Positions 26,001 through 37,279 of a stretch of DNA of 64,000 bases are shown here, piece after piece (within the stretch, counting starts at the first letter, position 1; each line of letters begins with the position of its first letter). Both the position numbers and the translations under genes were made by a program. Source of the stretch: Yuukianura sp. NJ FZ-2021 (taxonomy: Eukaryota); NCBI GenBank assembly GCA_046563655.1, contig CM102285.1:9486001-9550000 (forward strand), given 5' to 3'. The notes under the pieces are model-generated. The model was not told the origin of the DNA. It did not search any database and was given only the letters and a program-made list of their open reading frames with translations.

Positions 26001-28180
26001 GCAAACCTGTTCAATCGGATGGATACAACATCACATTTCTTGAACTACGGTCAACGCCCTATTGTCCAAAATAAGTCGATGAGATATTTCAATTTTGATG
26101 AAGTTCCGGCTGGAACTGTCTGTACAGTGGCTATTGCGGCATATACCGGATATAATATGGAGGACTCCATCTTGCTCAACCGCTCTTCTGTGGAAAGAGG
26201 ACTCTTTCGAGCCACGATGCTCAACACGTATCAGGAGAAGGCAGAGAAAATTCGTTACGCCGATTCGGCAAGCGTAAGACCCGATTTTGTATTACAAGAT
26301 ACTAAAAAAAAGCATTTTAGAATTTTTGAAACAAATATGATGACAGGAATACGTGTTCACCTATCCAAGCTGTAAGGTAACACAAGGAGTAAAAGTCATT
26401 GGTACCGGATGCAGCGAAGAAGAAAAAATGAAGTTGTATAGGAATATTGGAACGGATGGGCTTCCTACCCCAGGGGAGAGGCTTGGCTATCGTGACATTG
26501 GCAACGTCAAACGTAAAAGTATGTCATCATACTCTAGAGACTACGATGCGTTGGAACAGCAGGCCATCATTGGTACGTTACATTCAATGTTTTCAAAATG
26601 GCGGGTTGATGAACTTTATCATTTCCAACTTTGTTGCATTTTTTGGTAAATGCTTAGGAAAAGTGAGGTGTCTTACCGAGAAAGAAATTCAGGAAGCCTC
26701 AGCAAAACTGAGCGGAAGGGACCCACATAGACTGAACAAAATCGAAAGTCCATTCGTCTTCCAAGACGCAAGCAAGTTCGATCGGAAACCAATATTTTCA
26801 TGCATTGACAACGTTCTCGTAACGATGAATTCGATCGGGGAACGACTCGTGAAGGTTCGAACTCGGAAGCAACTGAAGCCACAAGTAGGAGATAAGTTTG
26901 CTTCACTTCATGGCCAAAAAGGTGTCATTGGATTAGATTACCATGAAGTTGTAAGTTTTAATTTGTTATAATTTTAACATCAGCAGTTTGACATGAATTA
27001 GCTATCGTAATTATTGGAATGAAATTTTTTGCAGGATTTGCCTTTTACCAGTCAAGGCATTATTCCAGACTTGATAATGAATCCGCATGGGATCCCCTCC
27101 CGGATGACAATTGGACAGCTATATGAGTCACTTTATGGCAAGGCTGCGTGTTTGGCGGGTAAAATAATGGACGGTACGACTTTCCATGCTCGAAACCGCC
27201 AAAAAATGGAAGATATACTGAAGGCTCACGGTTTTTACGAAGACGGAACAGAAGTAATGTACTGTGGGCATACCGGGAGAAAGATGAATTCTCGAATTTT
27301 CATTGGACCCACCTACTATCAGGTTAGAAGCGTCTTACTAAAAAAAATTATGGAGTTAGCTTCCGCAAAACTGGTTCTGTGGTACTTTATCACGTACAGA
27401 CATAATGTTGCATTAATCGGTTTGGTTTCAACTTGTTTTTTTAGCGTTTGAAGCATTTGGTCGACGACAAAATTCATTCTCGAGCCCGTGGAACCGTCGA
27501 AGTCCTTACACAACAACCTGTCCAAGGCTTTTCTCGTGAAGGAGGCTTGAGATTTGGCGAAATGGAGCGAGACTGTATCATTTCCAACGGCTCCTTTCTG
27601 TTTTTGATGGAACGACTAATGGATGTAAACCACCAATATTTTCAATTCTTTTGTGCTTTCAAACATCTCGAAAATTATGGAAGTGTTCACTACTTAACAT
27701 CTTACAACTTAAAATTAGTAGCTTAAAACGTGGTGAAATACCAAAAGTACACACGTTAGTCGTCATGGATTGCTTGCTGATTCTGATCTCTTATAGGTCT
27801 CGGATGCCAAGAAGTTTACGATCTGTTCAGAATGTGGATTTGTTGGTAGCAAGAGTCCGCTGTGGGTGGAAGAAGCGAAAGACAAAGGAGCCCGCAGAGC
27901 AGTGATAAAGAAGTCTCCAGTTTGCACGTCATGCGGCAAAGAAACCGATACCAGGATCCATAACCCTCAGGTAAGCCTAGCTGTGTTGTTTTAGTGTGTG
28001 CTAGAGTTTGAAAATATCAACCGATGTGTGATGGGAGACTTTTTAAAAAACGTTTTACTTTGAATGTAGTGTTACACGGTACGAATTCCTTATGCCGCCA
28101 AATTGCTTTTCCAAGAGCTCATGTCGATGAATATCGCTCCCAGAATTGTTCCCGCTGAAGGCAGGAGCACCACTTCATAG
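23051..28180 (+). CDS. Divergent RNA polymerase II second-largest subunit (RPB2/POLR2B-like) paralog; ~14 exons, ~1,300 aa
   Basis: Approximate exons: 23051-23305, 23417-23776, 23864-24311, 24382-24884, 24964-25256, 25330-25584, 25680-25905, 25965-26273, 26348-26572, 26658-26950, 27035-27321, 27445-27624, 27797-27970, 28070-28180. Motifs: [123 protein letters not shown], Zn ribbon [28 protein letters not shown]. Confidence 0.92.
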
Positions 28181-28391
28181 TGAAATGAGCATGTGGGAGG
28201 ATCTTATCGTTAGTTGCTTATTTTTAGAGAATTTTAGTGAAGAAATTCAGAGATTTAAATTATACGTTATAAAACGACTTTATAAAATAGTTATACCGAA
28301 GGCGTTATAAATAAACCGAAATTCCAAATTCTCTCGACCTTCAGCTTTTTTTTTTGAAACAACTAATATTTTATTTGATAAATTAACGAAT

Positions 28392-31300
28392 CTAACCGCT
28401 AGAATGAATAACATATAGGATCCAGTCGATAATATCTTGAAGCGGAGTGACAGTGATCCTCTTGTGTTGACCATGGGGACCATACGAGCATTCCGTTCCG
28501 TAGGAAACGACTCCAACGATGACAGCACGACTGTAGTCGTCAGCTTCATATTCCGCGGGAATTGCGGAGATCTTGTACTCGTGTTTGTACTCCGGTTGAG
28601 GATAGTAAGGCGCTGCCGCTTTGTACTCCTGCTTCGGTTCGTAGGAAGGCTTGTACTCTGGCTTGGACTGGTAGGACGGTTTCGGATAAGACGCTGGCTG
28701 GTAATACTCTGCTGCCCGCTTGTATCTTGGCTGGTACGGTTCCGAGTACTCCGGCTGATACACTGGTGCATATTCCGGTTGATACGTCGGTTGATACTCT
28801 GGCTGATATGGAGGTTGGTACTCCGGTTGATACTCTGGCTGATATGGCTGGTACTCGGGTTGGTAGCTCGGCTTGTACTCCGGTTCGTACGCTGGCTTGT
28901 ATTCTGGCTGATATGGCTGGTACTCGGGTTGGTAGCTCGGCTTGTACTCCGGTTCGTACGCTGGCTTGTATTCTGGCTGATATGGCTGGTACTCGGGTTG
29001 GTAGCTCGGCTTGTACTCCGGTTCGTACGCTGGCTTGTATTCTGGCTGATATGGCTGGTACTCGGGTTGGTAGCTCGGCTTGTACTCCGGTTCGTACGCT
29101 GGCTTGTATTCTGGCTGATATGGCTGGTACTCGGGTTGGTAGCTCGGCTTGTACTCCGGTTCGTACGCTGGCTTGTATTCTGGCTGATATGGCTGGTACT
29201 CGGGTTGGTAGCTCGGCTTGTACTCCGGTTCGTACGCTGGCTTGTATTCTGGCTGATATGGCTGGTACTCGGGTTGGTAGCTCGGCTTGTACTCCGGTTC
29301 GTACGCTGGCTTGTATTCTGGCTCGTAAGATGGTTTGTACTCAGGCTGGTAACTGGGCTTGTACTCCGGTTCGTAGGATGGTTTGTACTCCGGCTCGTAA
29401 GATGGTTTGTACTCAGGCTGGTAGCTCGGCTTGTACTCCGGTTCGTACGCTGGCTTGTATTCTGGCTCGTAAGATGGTTTGTACTCGGGCTGGTAGCTCG
29501 GCTTGTACTCAGGTTCGTACGCTGGTTTGTACTCCGATTCGTAAGCTGGCTTGTACTCCGGTTTGTACTCGGGCTGGTAGCTTGGCTTGTATTCTGGTTC
29601 ATACGACTTGTACTCCGGCTTGCATTCGGAATGGTATTCTGGTTTGTAGTAAGCCTCATCCTTCGGCTTGTACTCGGGTCCATAGGCTGGTTTGTACTGG
29701 GATTTGTACTCTGGCTCGTACGAAGGCTTGTATTCGTGCTGGTAGCTCGACTTGTATTCTGCGTGATAAGGTGCGTAGTGGTATTCGTATTTCGCAGGAA
29801 CTAAACAAAAGACCGGGGCTCCTTCGTCAGCCTAAAATTAAAATTCCAATTATTCTCCAATTTTGGATTACAAGTATTCAAAATTCCAATGTCGGTTTGC
29901 TTACATGACAAGTGTCGTAGTAATCCTCAGCTTCCCAGTTCTCAGTCTTGTAATGTTTTTCGTAGCCATAGCCCTGTTTGTAGGAAGGCGCGTAGTTTTG
30001 GTACTCGTACACCTTTGTGATTTGCGCTTTCCGTGGAGTTCTGCTGGGTTCGTAGTAGTCGTAATAGGTGGTGGGTTTGTAGGAGTAACCGTGGCCATAC
30101 TGCGTCGATTCCTCCTTCTGCTGCTTGTACTAAAATTATTTTTCAAAAGTTAAGAGTTTGGTCATCACATTTTGAGCGGTATTGCCAGTTTAGCAAAGAG
30201 AGAGAGAGTTACTTACTGAAATTTTCTCAACAGGAGAATGCTTCCACCCGGCGGTCCAGCAAACTACATCATTGTCCTTGGAACGGCGAGGTAGCCCGAA
30301 GTACTTGTTGTAATACGGTTTCTCTTGGTAGTATGACTTTTGCTTCTGGTAGTATTCCGGAAGGCAGATGGGATCTGCGTGTGGATGGACATCGAAGTCA
30401 ATTTCTTCGTAAAGTTCCAGAATGACCACGTCATACTCGTATTGGTTTTCCTTAGGATACCCCTTTTGCGCTGCAAAGTTAAAGTAAATCAATTGAGTGA
30501 GGTTTCATTCAATGGTTGAGTAGTGGCTGAAAACGAGCATTGGAAAACTTTGGCCAAGATAACATACCAGGGTTGTAATGATGAATTTTGCTAACAGCGA
30601 ATTCATGATTTCTGTAGGCCTCCAATGAATTGTGGTCCGACAGAAGATCGAATTCTCCAATGCGTACAACTACCTCGCCCTCGCGTCTCCCATGAATGGC
30701 CTTGGAAGAAGTCAAGATGTGTCTGTAAAGATGAAACAGATTACAATGATAGGTAAAGTTATCTCTTATGACAATTTCTAATTACACACCAATTTGCATT
30801 TTAGCAAAATGAATACCTGGGTGAGATGATGGTTCCAGCGGCCAGATAGACATGTCGCGTGTCCAGAACTGCTACAAGCCATGGAAACTCACCGAATGCC
30901 AATCGTTGCAGATCATTACCATATTCAATACGGTGAACCGCTGGAAGAATGCCACACTGTCGACTCGAATTGGCTGGCCGATACTGGAAATAAAAAAAAA
31001 TCTACGTGACCTTCTGAAATTCCAATAAACTAGGCTACGGTCAGTCTAAAAAGGAGGTGAACAAACTCTGAAGGTCATTTCAACTTACGTCGATTTCAGT
31101 CTCGTACGTTGGCTTTTCGTAGTAAGTCGGCTTTTCATAGCTCGGTTTCTCGTAGTACGTTGGCTTTCCGTAGCTCGGTTTTTCGTAGTACGTTGGCTTT
31201 CCGTAGCTCGGTTTCTCGTAGTACGTTGGCTTTCCGTAGCTCGGTTTCTCGTAGTACGTTGGCTTCTCGTAGCTAGGCTTTTCGTAGTGCGTTGGCTTCT

Positions 31301-31637
31301 CGTACGCAGGCTTCTCATAATAAGTTTTTGGCTTCTCGTAGCTCGTTTTCTCGTAGTACGCTGGCTTTTCGTAGCTAGGCTTTTCGTAATGGGCAACTGG
31401 GTAGACTGGTCCAGGCGGAAGACTGTAAGCGGGGTCGTATTCAGCTCCGCTTCCGCTTCCCACGAACACCAAAACGATTAGCAACATCTTCGCTGCTCCG
31501 AAGATCCAGCCGCGATGGGTTTGTATTTCAGCTGAAATAAGAACAGAATGTTAGCTAGCTTGTAAAACTGGAGGACAACCAAATGTATGTACAGTAGCGA
31601 AACTAAAGCCAGGTCAAGAGGTCAAATGCTTACCCAT
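28392..31637 (-). CDS. Secreted non-catalytic serine protease homolog with Tyr/Pro/Lys/Glu-rich repeats, copy A
   Basis: ATG 31637 in a micro first exon (ATGG|GTAAG). Signal MLLIVLVFVGSGSG, then YEKPS/YEKPT repeats. Trypsin-fold motifs: FGEFPWLVAV, AAGTIISPR|HILTSSKA (His lost), YDVVILEL, PICLP, CWTAGW, DTCH|ADEGAPVFC (Ser lost). A long EYKP(S/A)Y(Q/E)P array follows, then VIVGVVSYGTEC...IIDWI. TAG 28392-28394. Confidence 0.85.
28837..29319. repeat. Coding minisatellite: 7 copies of a 69-bp unit (23 aa, EYKPAYEPEYKPSYQPEYQPYQP on the minus strand)
   Basis: Unit starts at 28837, 28906, 28975, 29044, 29113, 29182 and 29251. It is flanked by more degenerate 12/24-bp periodic repeats. Confidence 0.9.
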
Positions 31638-31679
31638 GATGACTTCAGAGAGATACACAGCCGCTGAAATCCGAAACAC

Positions 31680-31716
31680 GTCTGACCCGTGAATGCCATT
31701 TCCACTCCTATTTATA
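31680..31716 (-). promoter_or_regulatory. TATA box and Inr core promoter of SPH copy A (duplicated near 36065-36101)
   Basis: Minus-strand TATAAA at 31716-31711 and TCAGAC at 31685-31680, with canonical ~30-nt spacing. Confidence 0.65.
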
Positions 31717-32603
31717 AGCTTCGTGTGGCTGACCTCGTACCTTACTGGAGGAAATTTTCTTCTGCAATTGCAGTGGTCAGATCCAGGCAAAGTCACAAGC
31801 CAACTGTAAACTACCTCCGTTGATTAGAGTAAGATAGTACATCGTGAGTCAAAATTTAATTAACTTAGGTTTACATATTCCTTTGAAATTTTTATCTTGA
31901 GTTGCAGCCTTCGAAGAGGAGAGCGTGGATGCTGTTGAAAAACACAAGTCAAGGCTACCATAAGCAGACAAGTAAGAGGTCAAGCCCTAACCTTCAACCT
32001 TGTGCCAATGTCAACGTTAAATGGTAATGATGCCTAGTTAGTATTTAAGCAGTCCAAGGCTTCTAAAATTTCTGGAAGCCGATAGAAACCTTCAATGTCA
32101 CCGGACTTTTTCTCTGACGAGGTCAAACATTCGGTGCAGAAAATATGCTTGTGGTTGAAAATTTATTCTTTACTTTTTGGTAAAATTCATATTCAACAGG
32201 GTTTGATATTTGAACAAAAATTAAAAAAAAAACTGCCAACCAAAAATAACTTGCAGTTCATTGTACTTTATTTGCGACAAACCCCACGTAAATAGGATGC
32301 GATCGTAACGAAATGGACAGGGTCAAATTACACTAGCGAAGTTTTCTATATAATGAATTTTAGTATCATACATGCCTAAAAATTACATTGAAATCGCTAT
32401 TTCCAAATATTATAATGATTTTTTGCGCAAATTATTGTTAGCTTTTTTTTTTTGCTTTCTGCAGTGCGTCATGTCTATTGTGCTTTTGTTCTGTAAAATT
32501 TCCTTATGCATATGACGCTTGGCTTGTTGAATCTGTTTCTATCTTATTAGGTTACTTGTGCAAATTCAAGGACTTTCGGAATGACCTGAGCTGAGTGCAA
32601 TTC

Positions 32604-32822
32604 TACGTACAATTCTACGCTCAAATCGTTTCGTCCTACGCTGAAACCAGAATTCGTGGTTTAATATGGTTCTAATAATTTTATTTGTGATGAAACTAGT
32701 CAAATTGCTCTCTGATCTTCCAAATGAACTTTTGCTTCGTCTGACGACATATCTGGATCCCTCAAGGTTAGCATCCCTTTCTAAGCTGAAATGTTTCATT
32801 GTTGCAAAAATTTTGAAGTTCA
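32604..32822 (+). pseudogene. Degenerate fragment of the FBXO30/40-like gene (F-box start, splice donor and intron start)
   Basis: Copy of 38501-38720 with an in-frame TAA and an indel. It lies at the duplication junction. Confidence 0.85.
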
Positions 32823-32847
32823 AAATGCTTTTTGTGAAATAATGTAG

Positions 32848-32958
32848 TGTTACACGGTCCGAATTCCTTATGCCGCCAAATTGCTTTTCCAAGAGCTGAT
32901 GTCGATGAATATCGCTCCCAGAATTGTTCCCGCTGAAGGCAGGAGCACCACTTCATAA
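32848..32958 (+). other. Duplicated terminal exon of the RPB2 paralog (intact acceptor AG, identical peptide)
   Basis: Encodes [36 protein letters not shown]. It differs from 28070-28180 only by GTA>GTC, CTC>CTG and TAG>TAA. Confidence 0.88.
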
Positions 32959-33167
32959 TGAAATGAGGAGGTGGGAGGATCTTATCGTTAGTTGCTTATT
33001 TTTAGAGAATTTTAGTGAAGAAATTCAGAGATTTAAATTATACGTTATAAAACGACTTTATAAAATAGTTATACCGAAGGCGTTATAAATAAACCGAAAT
33101 TCCAAATTCTCTCGACCTTCAGCTTTTTTTTTGAAACAACTAATATTTTATTTGATGATTAACGAAT

Positions 33168-36022
33168 CTAACCGCTAGAATGAATAACATATAGGATCCA
33201 GTCGATAATATCTTGAAGCGGAGTGACAGTGATCCTCTTGTGTTGACCATGGGGACCATACGAGCATTCCGTTCCGTAGGAAACGACTCCGACGATGACA
33301 GCACGACTGTAGTCGTCAGCTTCATATTCCGCGGGAATTGCGGAGATCTTGTACTCGTGTTTGTACTCCGGTTGAGGATAGTAAGGCGCTGCCGCTTTGT
33401 ACTCCTGCTTCGGTTCGTAGGAAGGCTTGTACTCTGGCTTGGACTGGTAGGACGGTTTCGGATAAGACGCTGGCTGGTAATACTCTGCTGCCCGCTTGTA
33501 TCTTGGCTGGTACGGTTCCGAGTACTCTGGCTGATATGGCTGGTACTCGGGTTCGTACGCTGGCTTGTATTCTGGCTCGTAAGATGGTTTGTACTCGGGC
33601 TGGTAGCTCGGCTTGTACTCCGGTTCGTACGCTGGCTTGTATTCTGGCTCGTAAGATGGTTTGTACTCGGGCTGGTAACTCGGCTTGTACTCCGGTTCGT
33701 AAGCTGGTTTGTACTCTGGTTCGTAAGCTGGTTTGTACTCCGGTTCGTAAGCTGGCTTGTACTCCGGTTCGTACTCGGGCTGGTAGCTCGGCTTGTATTC
33801 GGGCTCGTAAGCTGGCTTGTACTCCGGTTTGTACTCGGGCTGGTAGCTCGGCTTGTATTCGGGCTCGTAAGCTGGCTTGTACTCCGGTTCGTACTCCGGC
33901 TGGTAGCTTGGCTTGTATTCTGGTTCATACGACTTGTACTCCGGCTTGCATTCGGAATGGTATTCTGGTTTGTAGTAAGCCTCATTCTTCGGCTTGTACT
34001 CGGGTCCATAGGCTGATTTGTACTGGGATTTGTACTCTGGCTTGTATTCGTGCTGGTAGCTCGACTTGTATTCTGCGTGATAAGGTGCGTAGTTGTACTC
34101 GTATTTCGCAGGAACTAAACAAAAGACCGGGGCTCCTTCGTCAGCCTAAAATTAAAATTCCAATTATTCTCCAATTTTGGATTACAAGTATTCAAAATTC
34201 CAAATTCGGTTTGCTTACATGACAAGTGTCGTAGTAATCCTCAGCTTCCCAGTTCTCAGTCTTGTAATGTTTTTCGTAGCCATAGCCCTGTTTGTAGGAA
34301 GGCGCGTAGTTTTGGTACTCGTACACCTTTGTGATTTGCGCTTTCCGTGGAGTTCTGCTGGGTTCGTAGTAGTCGTAATAGGTGGTGGGTTTGTAGGAGT
34401 AACCGTGGCCATACTGCGTCGATTCCTCCTTCTGCTGCTTGTACTAAAATTATTTTTAAAAAGTTAAGAGTTTGGTCATCACATTTTCAGCGGTATTGCC
34501 AGTTTGGCAAAGAGAGAGAGTTACTTACTGAAATTTTCTCAACAGGAGAATGCTTCCACCCGGCGGTCCAGCAAACTACATCATTGTCCTTGGAACGGCG
34601 AGGTAGCCCGAAGTACTTGTTGTAATACGGTTTCTCTTGGTAGTATGACTTTTGCTTCTGGTAGTATTCCGGAAGACAGATGGGATCTGCGTGTGGATGG
34701 ACATCGAAGTCAATTTCTTCGTCAAGTTCCAGAATGACCACGTCATACTCGTATTGGTTTTCCTTAGGATACCCCTTTTGCGCTGCAAAGTTAAAGTAAA
34801 ATCAATTGAGTGAGTTTCATTCAATGGTTGAGTAGTTGCTGAAAACGAGGATTAGAAAACTTTGGCCAAGATAACATACCAGGGTTGTAATGATGAATTT
34901 TGCTAACAGCGAATTCATGATTTCTGTAGGCCTCCAATGAATTGTGGTCCGACAGAAGATCGAATTCTCCAATGCGTACAACTACCTCGCCCTCGCGTCT
35001 CCCATGAATGGCCTTGGAAGAAGTCAAGATGTGTCTGTAAAGATGAAACAGATTACAATGATAGGTAAAGTTATCTCTTATGACAATTTCTAATTACACA
35101 CCAATTTGCATTTTAGCAAAATGAATACCTGGGTGAGATGATGGTTCCAGCGGCCAGATAGACATGTCGCGTGTCCAGAACTGCTACAAGCCATGGAAAC
35201 TCACCGAATGCCAATCGTTGCAGATCATTACCATATTCAATACGGTGAACCGCTGGAAGAATGCCACACTGTCGACTCGAATTGGCTGGCCGATACTGGA
35301 AATAAAAAAAAATCTACGTGACCTTCTGAAATTCCAATAAACTAGGGTACGGTCAGTCTAAAAAGGAGGTGAACAAACTCTGAAGGTCATTTCAACTTAC
35401 GTCGATTTCAGTCTCGTACGTTGGCTTTTCGTAGTAAGTCGGCTTTTCGTAGCTCGGTTTCTCGTAGTACTTTGGCTTGTCGTAGCTCGGTTTCTCGTAG
35501 TACGTTGGCTTTTCGTAGCTCGGTTTCTCGTAGGGCGTTGGCTTTTCGTAGCTCGGTTTTTCGTAAGCCGGCTTCTCGTAGCTAGGTTTCTCATAGTACG
35601 TTGGCTTCTCGTAGCTCGGTTTTTCGTAAGCCGGCTTCTCGTAGTACGTTGGCTTCTCGTAGCTAGGCTTCTCATAGTACGTTGGCTTCTCGTAGCTCGG
35701 TTTTTCGTAAGCCGGCTTCTCGTAGCTAGGCTTTTCGTAGTACGTTGGCTTCTCGTGCGTAGGCTTTTCGTAATGGGCAACTGGGTAGACTGGTCCAGGC
35801 GGAAGACTGTAAGCGGGGTCGTATTCAGCTCCGCTTCCGCTTCCCACGAACACCAAAACGATTAGCAACATCTTCGCTTCTCCGAAGATCCAGCCGCGAT
35901 GGGTTTGTATTTCAGCTGAAATGAGAACAGAATGTTAGCTAACCTGGTAAACCTGGAGGACAACCAAATGTATGTACAGTAGCGAAACTAAAGCCAGGTC
36001 AAGAGGTCAAATGCTTACCCAT
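33168..36022 (-). CDS. Secreted non-catalytic serine protease homolog with Tyr/Pro-rich repeats, copy B
   Basis: Same exon structure as copy A, with a longer N-terminal YEKP array and a shorter internal EYKP array. ATG 36022, TAG 33168-33170. Confidence 0.85.
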
Positions 36023-37279
36023 GATGACTTCAGAGAGATACACAGCCGCTGAAATCCGAAACACGTCTGACCCGTGAATGCCATTTCCACTCCTATTTAT
36101 AAGCTTCGTGTGACTGACCTCGTACCTTACTGGAGGAAATTTTCCTCTGCAATTGTCAGATCCAGGCAAAGTCGCAGGCCAGCAGCAAATTACCTCCGTT
36201 GATTAGCTAAGATAGTACATGTTGAGTCAAAATTTAATTAACTTAAGATTTACATATCCCTTTGAAATTTTTATCTTGAGTTGCAGCCTTCGAAGAGAGC
36301 GTGGATGCTGATGAAAAACCCAAGTCAAGGCTACCATAAGCAGACAAGTAAGAGGTCATGCCCTAATAACCTTCAACCTTGTGACAATGTCAACGTTAAA
36401 TGGTAATGATGCCTAGTTAGTATTTAAGCAGTCCAAGGCTTCTAAAATTTCTGGAAGCCGAGAGAAACCTTCAATGTCAAATGTCACCGGACTTTTTCTC
36501 TGACGAGGTCAAGCATTCGGTGAAGAAAATATGTACTAACTCATATTCAACAGGGTTTGATATTTGAACAAAATTTAAAAAAGCTCCGAACCAAAAATAA
36601 CTTCTGCAGTTCATTGCACTTTACTTGCGACAAGCTCCTCGTAAATAGCATGCGATCGTAGCGAAATGGACACGGTCAAGGTCAAATTACATTAGCGAAG
36701 TTTTCTATCCAATGATTAATGAATTTTAGTATCATGCATGCCTAAAAATACAGTGAAATCGCTATTTCCAAATTATTATAATGATTTTTTTGCGGAAATT
36801 ATTGTTATCTTTTTTTTGCTTTCTACAGTGCGTCATGTCCATTGTGCTGTAAAATCTGCTTATGCCTGCCTATGACGCTTGGCTTGCTTGTTGAATCTGT
36901 TTCTGTTTCTATCTAATATTTAGTAGGTACTTGTGCAAATTCAAGGACTTTCGGAATCAGCTGAGTGCATTCTGCACACAAGGAAGATTTTGGAAGTGTC
37001 AAATTGCAAATAATAAACACATCTAATTTAACACTTAAAAAATTCAAGTTATAATTTAACACTGTATTTTTTTCCCTACACCAGAACAGTGACTATAAAG
37101 TACTATTTACTTAATTGTTGGACCTTTCCAAAAGAATTTAACTTATTGACCAACGAATTCATAGTTTAGGCGACTTTTAAACAGAATATTCGCTAAAACT
37201 AACGACAATACATTTGGTTGAGTGAAAGCATAGCCTTCGACTTAAGCTGTTTCCGGAAAGTGATTAAGGGTGAAAGGTA

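Larger units (their letters stand above)
28063..32599. repeat. Tandem segmental duplication, copy A (RPB2 last exon, SPH gene and its upstream region)
   Basis: Near-identical to 32841-36969, including introns and intergenic DNA. The main differences are repeat-array lengths and small indels. Confidence 0.93.
32841..36969. repeat. Tandem segmental duplication, copy B
   Basis: Near-identical to 28063-32599. Confidence 0.93.

Noticed and set aside
23051..28180. Calling the gene canonical POLR2B, or the Pol I/Pol III second subunit
   Set aside because: The C-terminal signatures are Pol II type, but divergence at normally invariant motifs is too great for the housekeeping gene, so no symbol is assigned.
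28837..29319. Regular repeat array resembling CRISPR
   Set aside because: Units are contiguous with no unique spacers, the length is a multiple of 3, it lies within an exon, and there are no cas genes.
28280..29908. Long ORFs of 467, 455 and 448 aa (and 289, 267, 294 aa at 33140-34222)
   Set aside because: They are off-frame or antisense readings of the stop-poor coding repeat. The real frame is the minus-strand Tyr/Pro-rich frame continuous with the protease motifs.
32604..32958. New chimeric F-box/RPB2 C-terminus gene at the duplication junction
   Set aside because: The FBXO donor is phase 2 and the RPB2 acceptor phase 0. The FBXO fragment has a stop and an indel and lacks a start.
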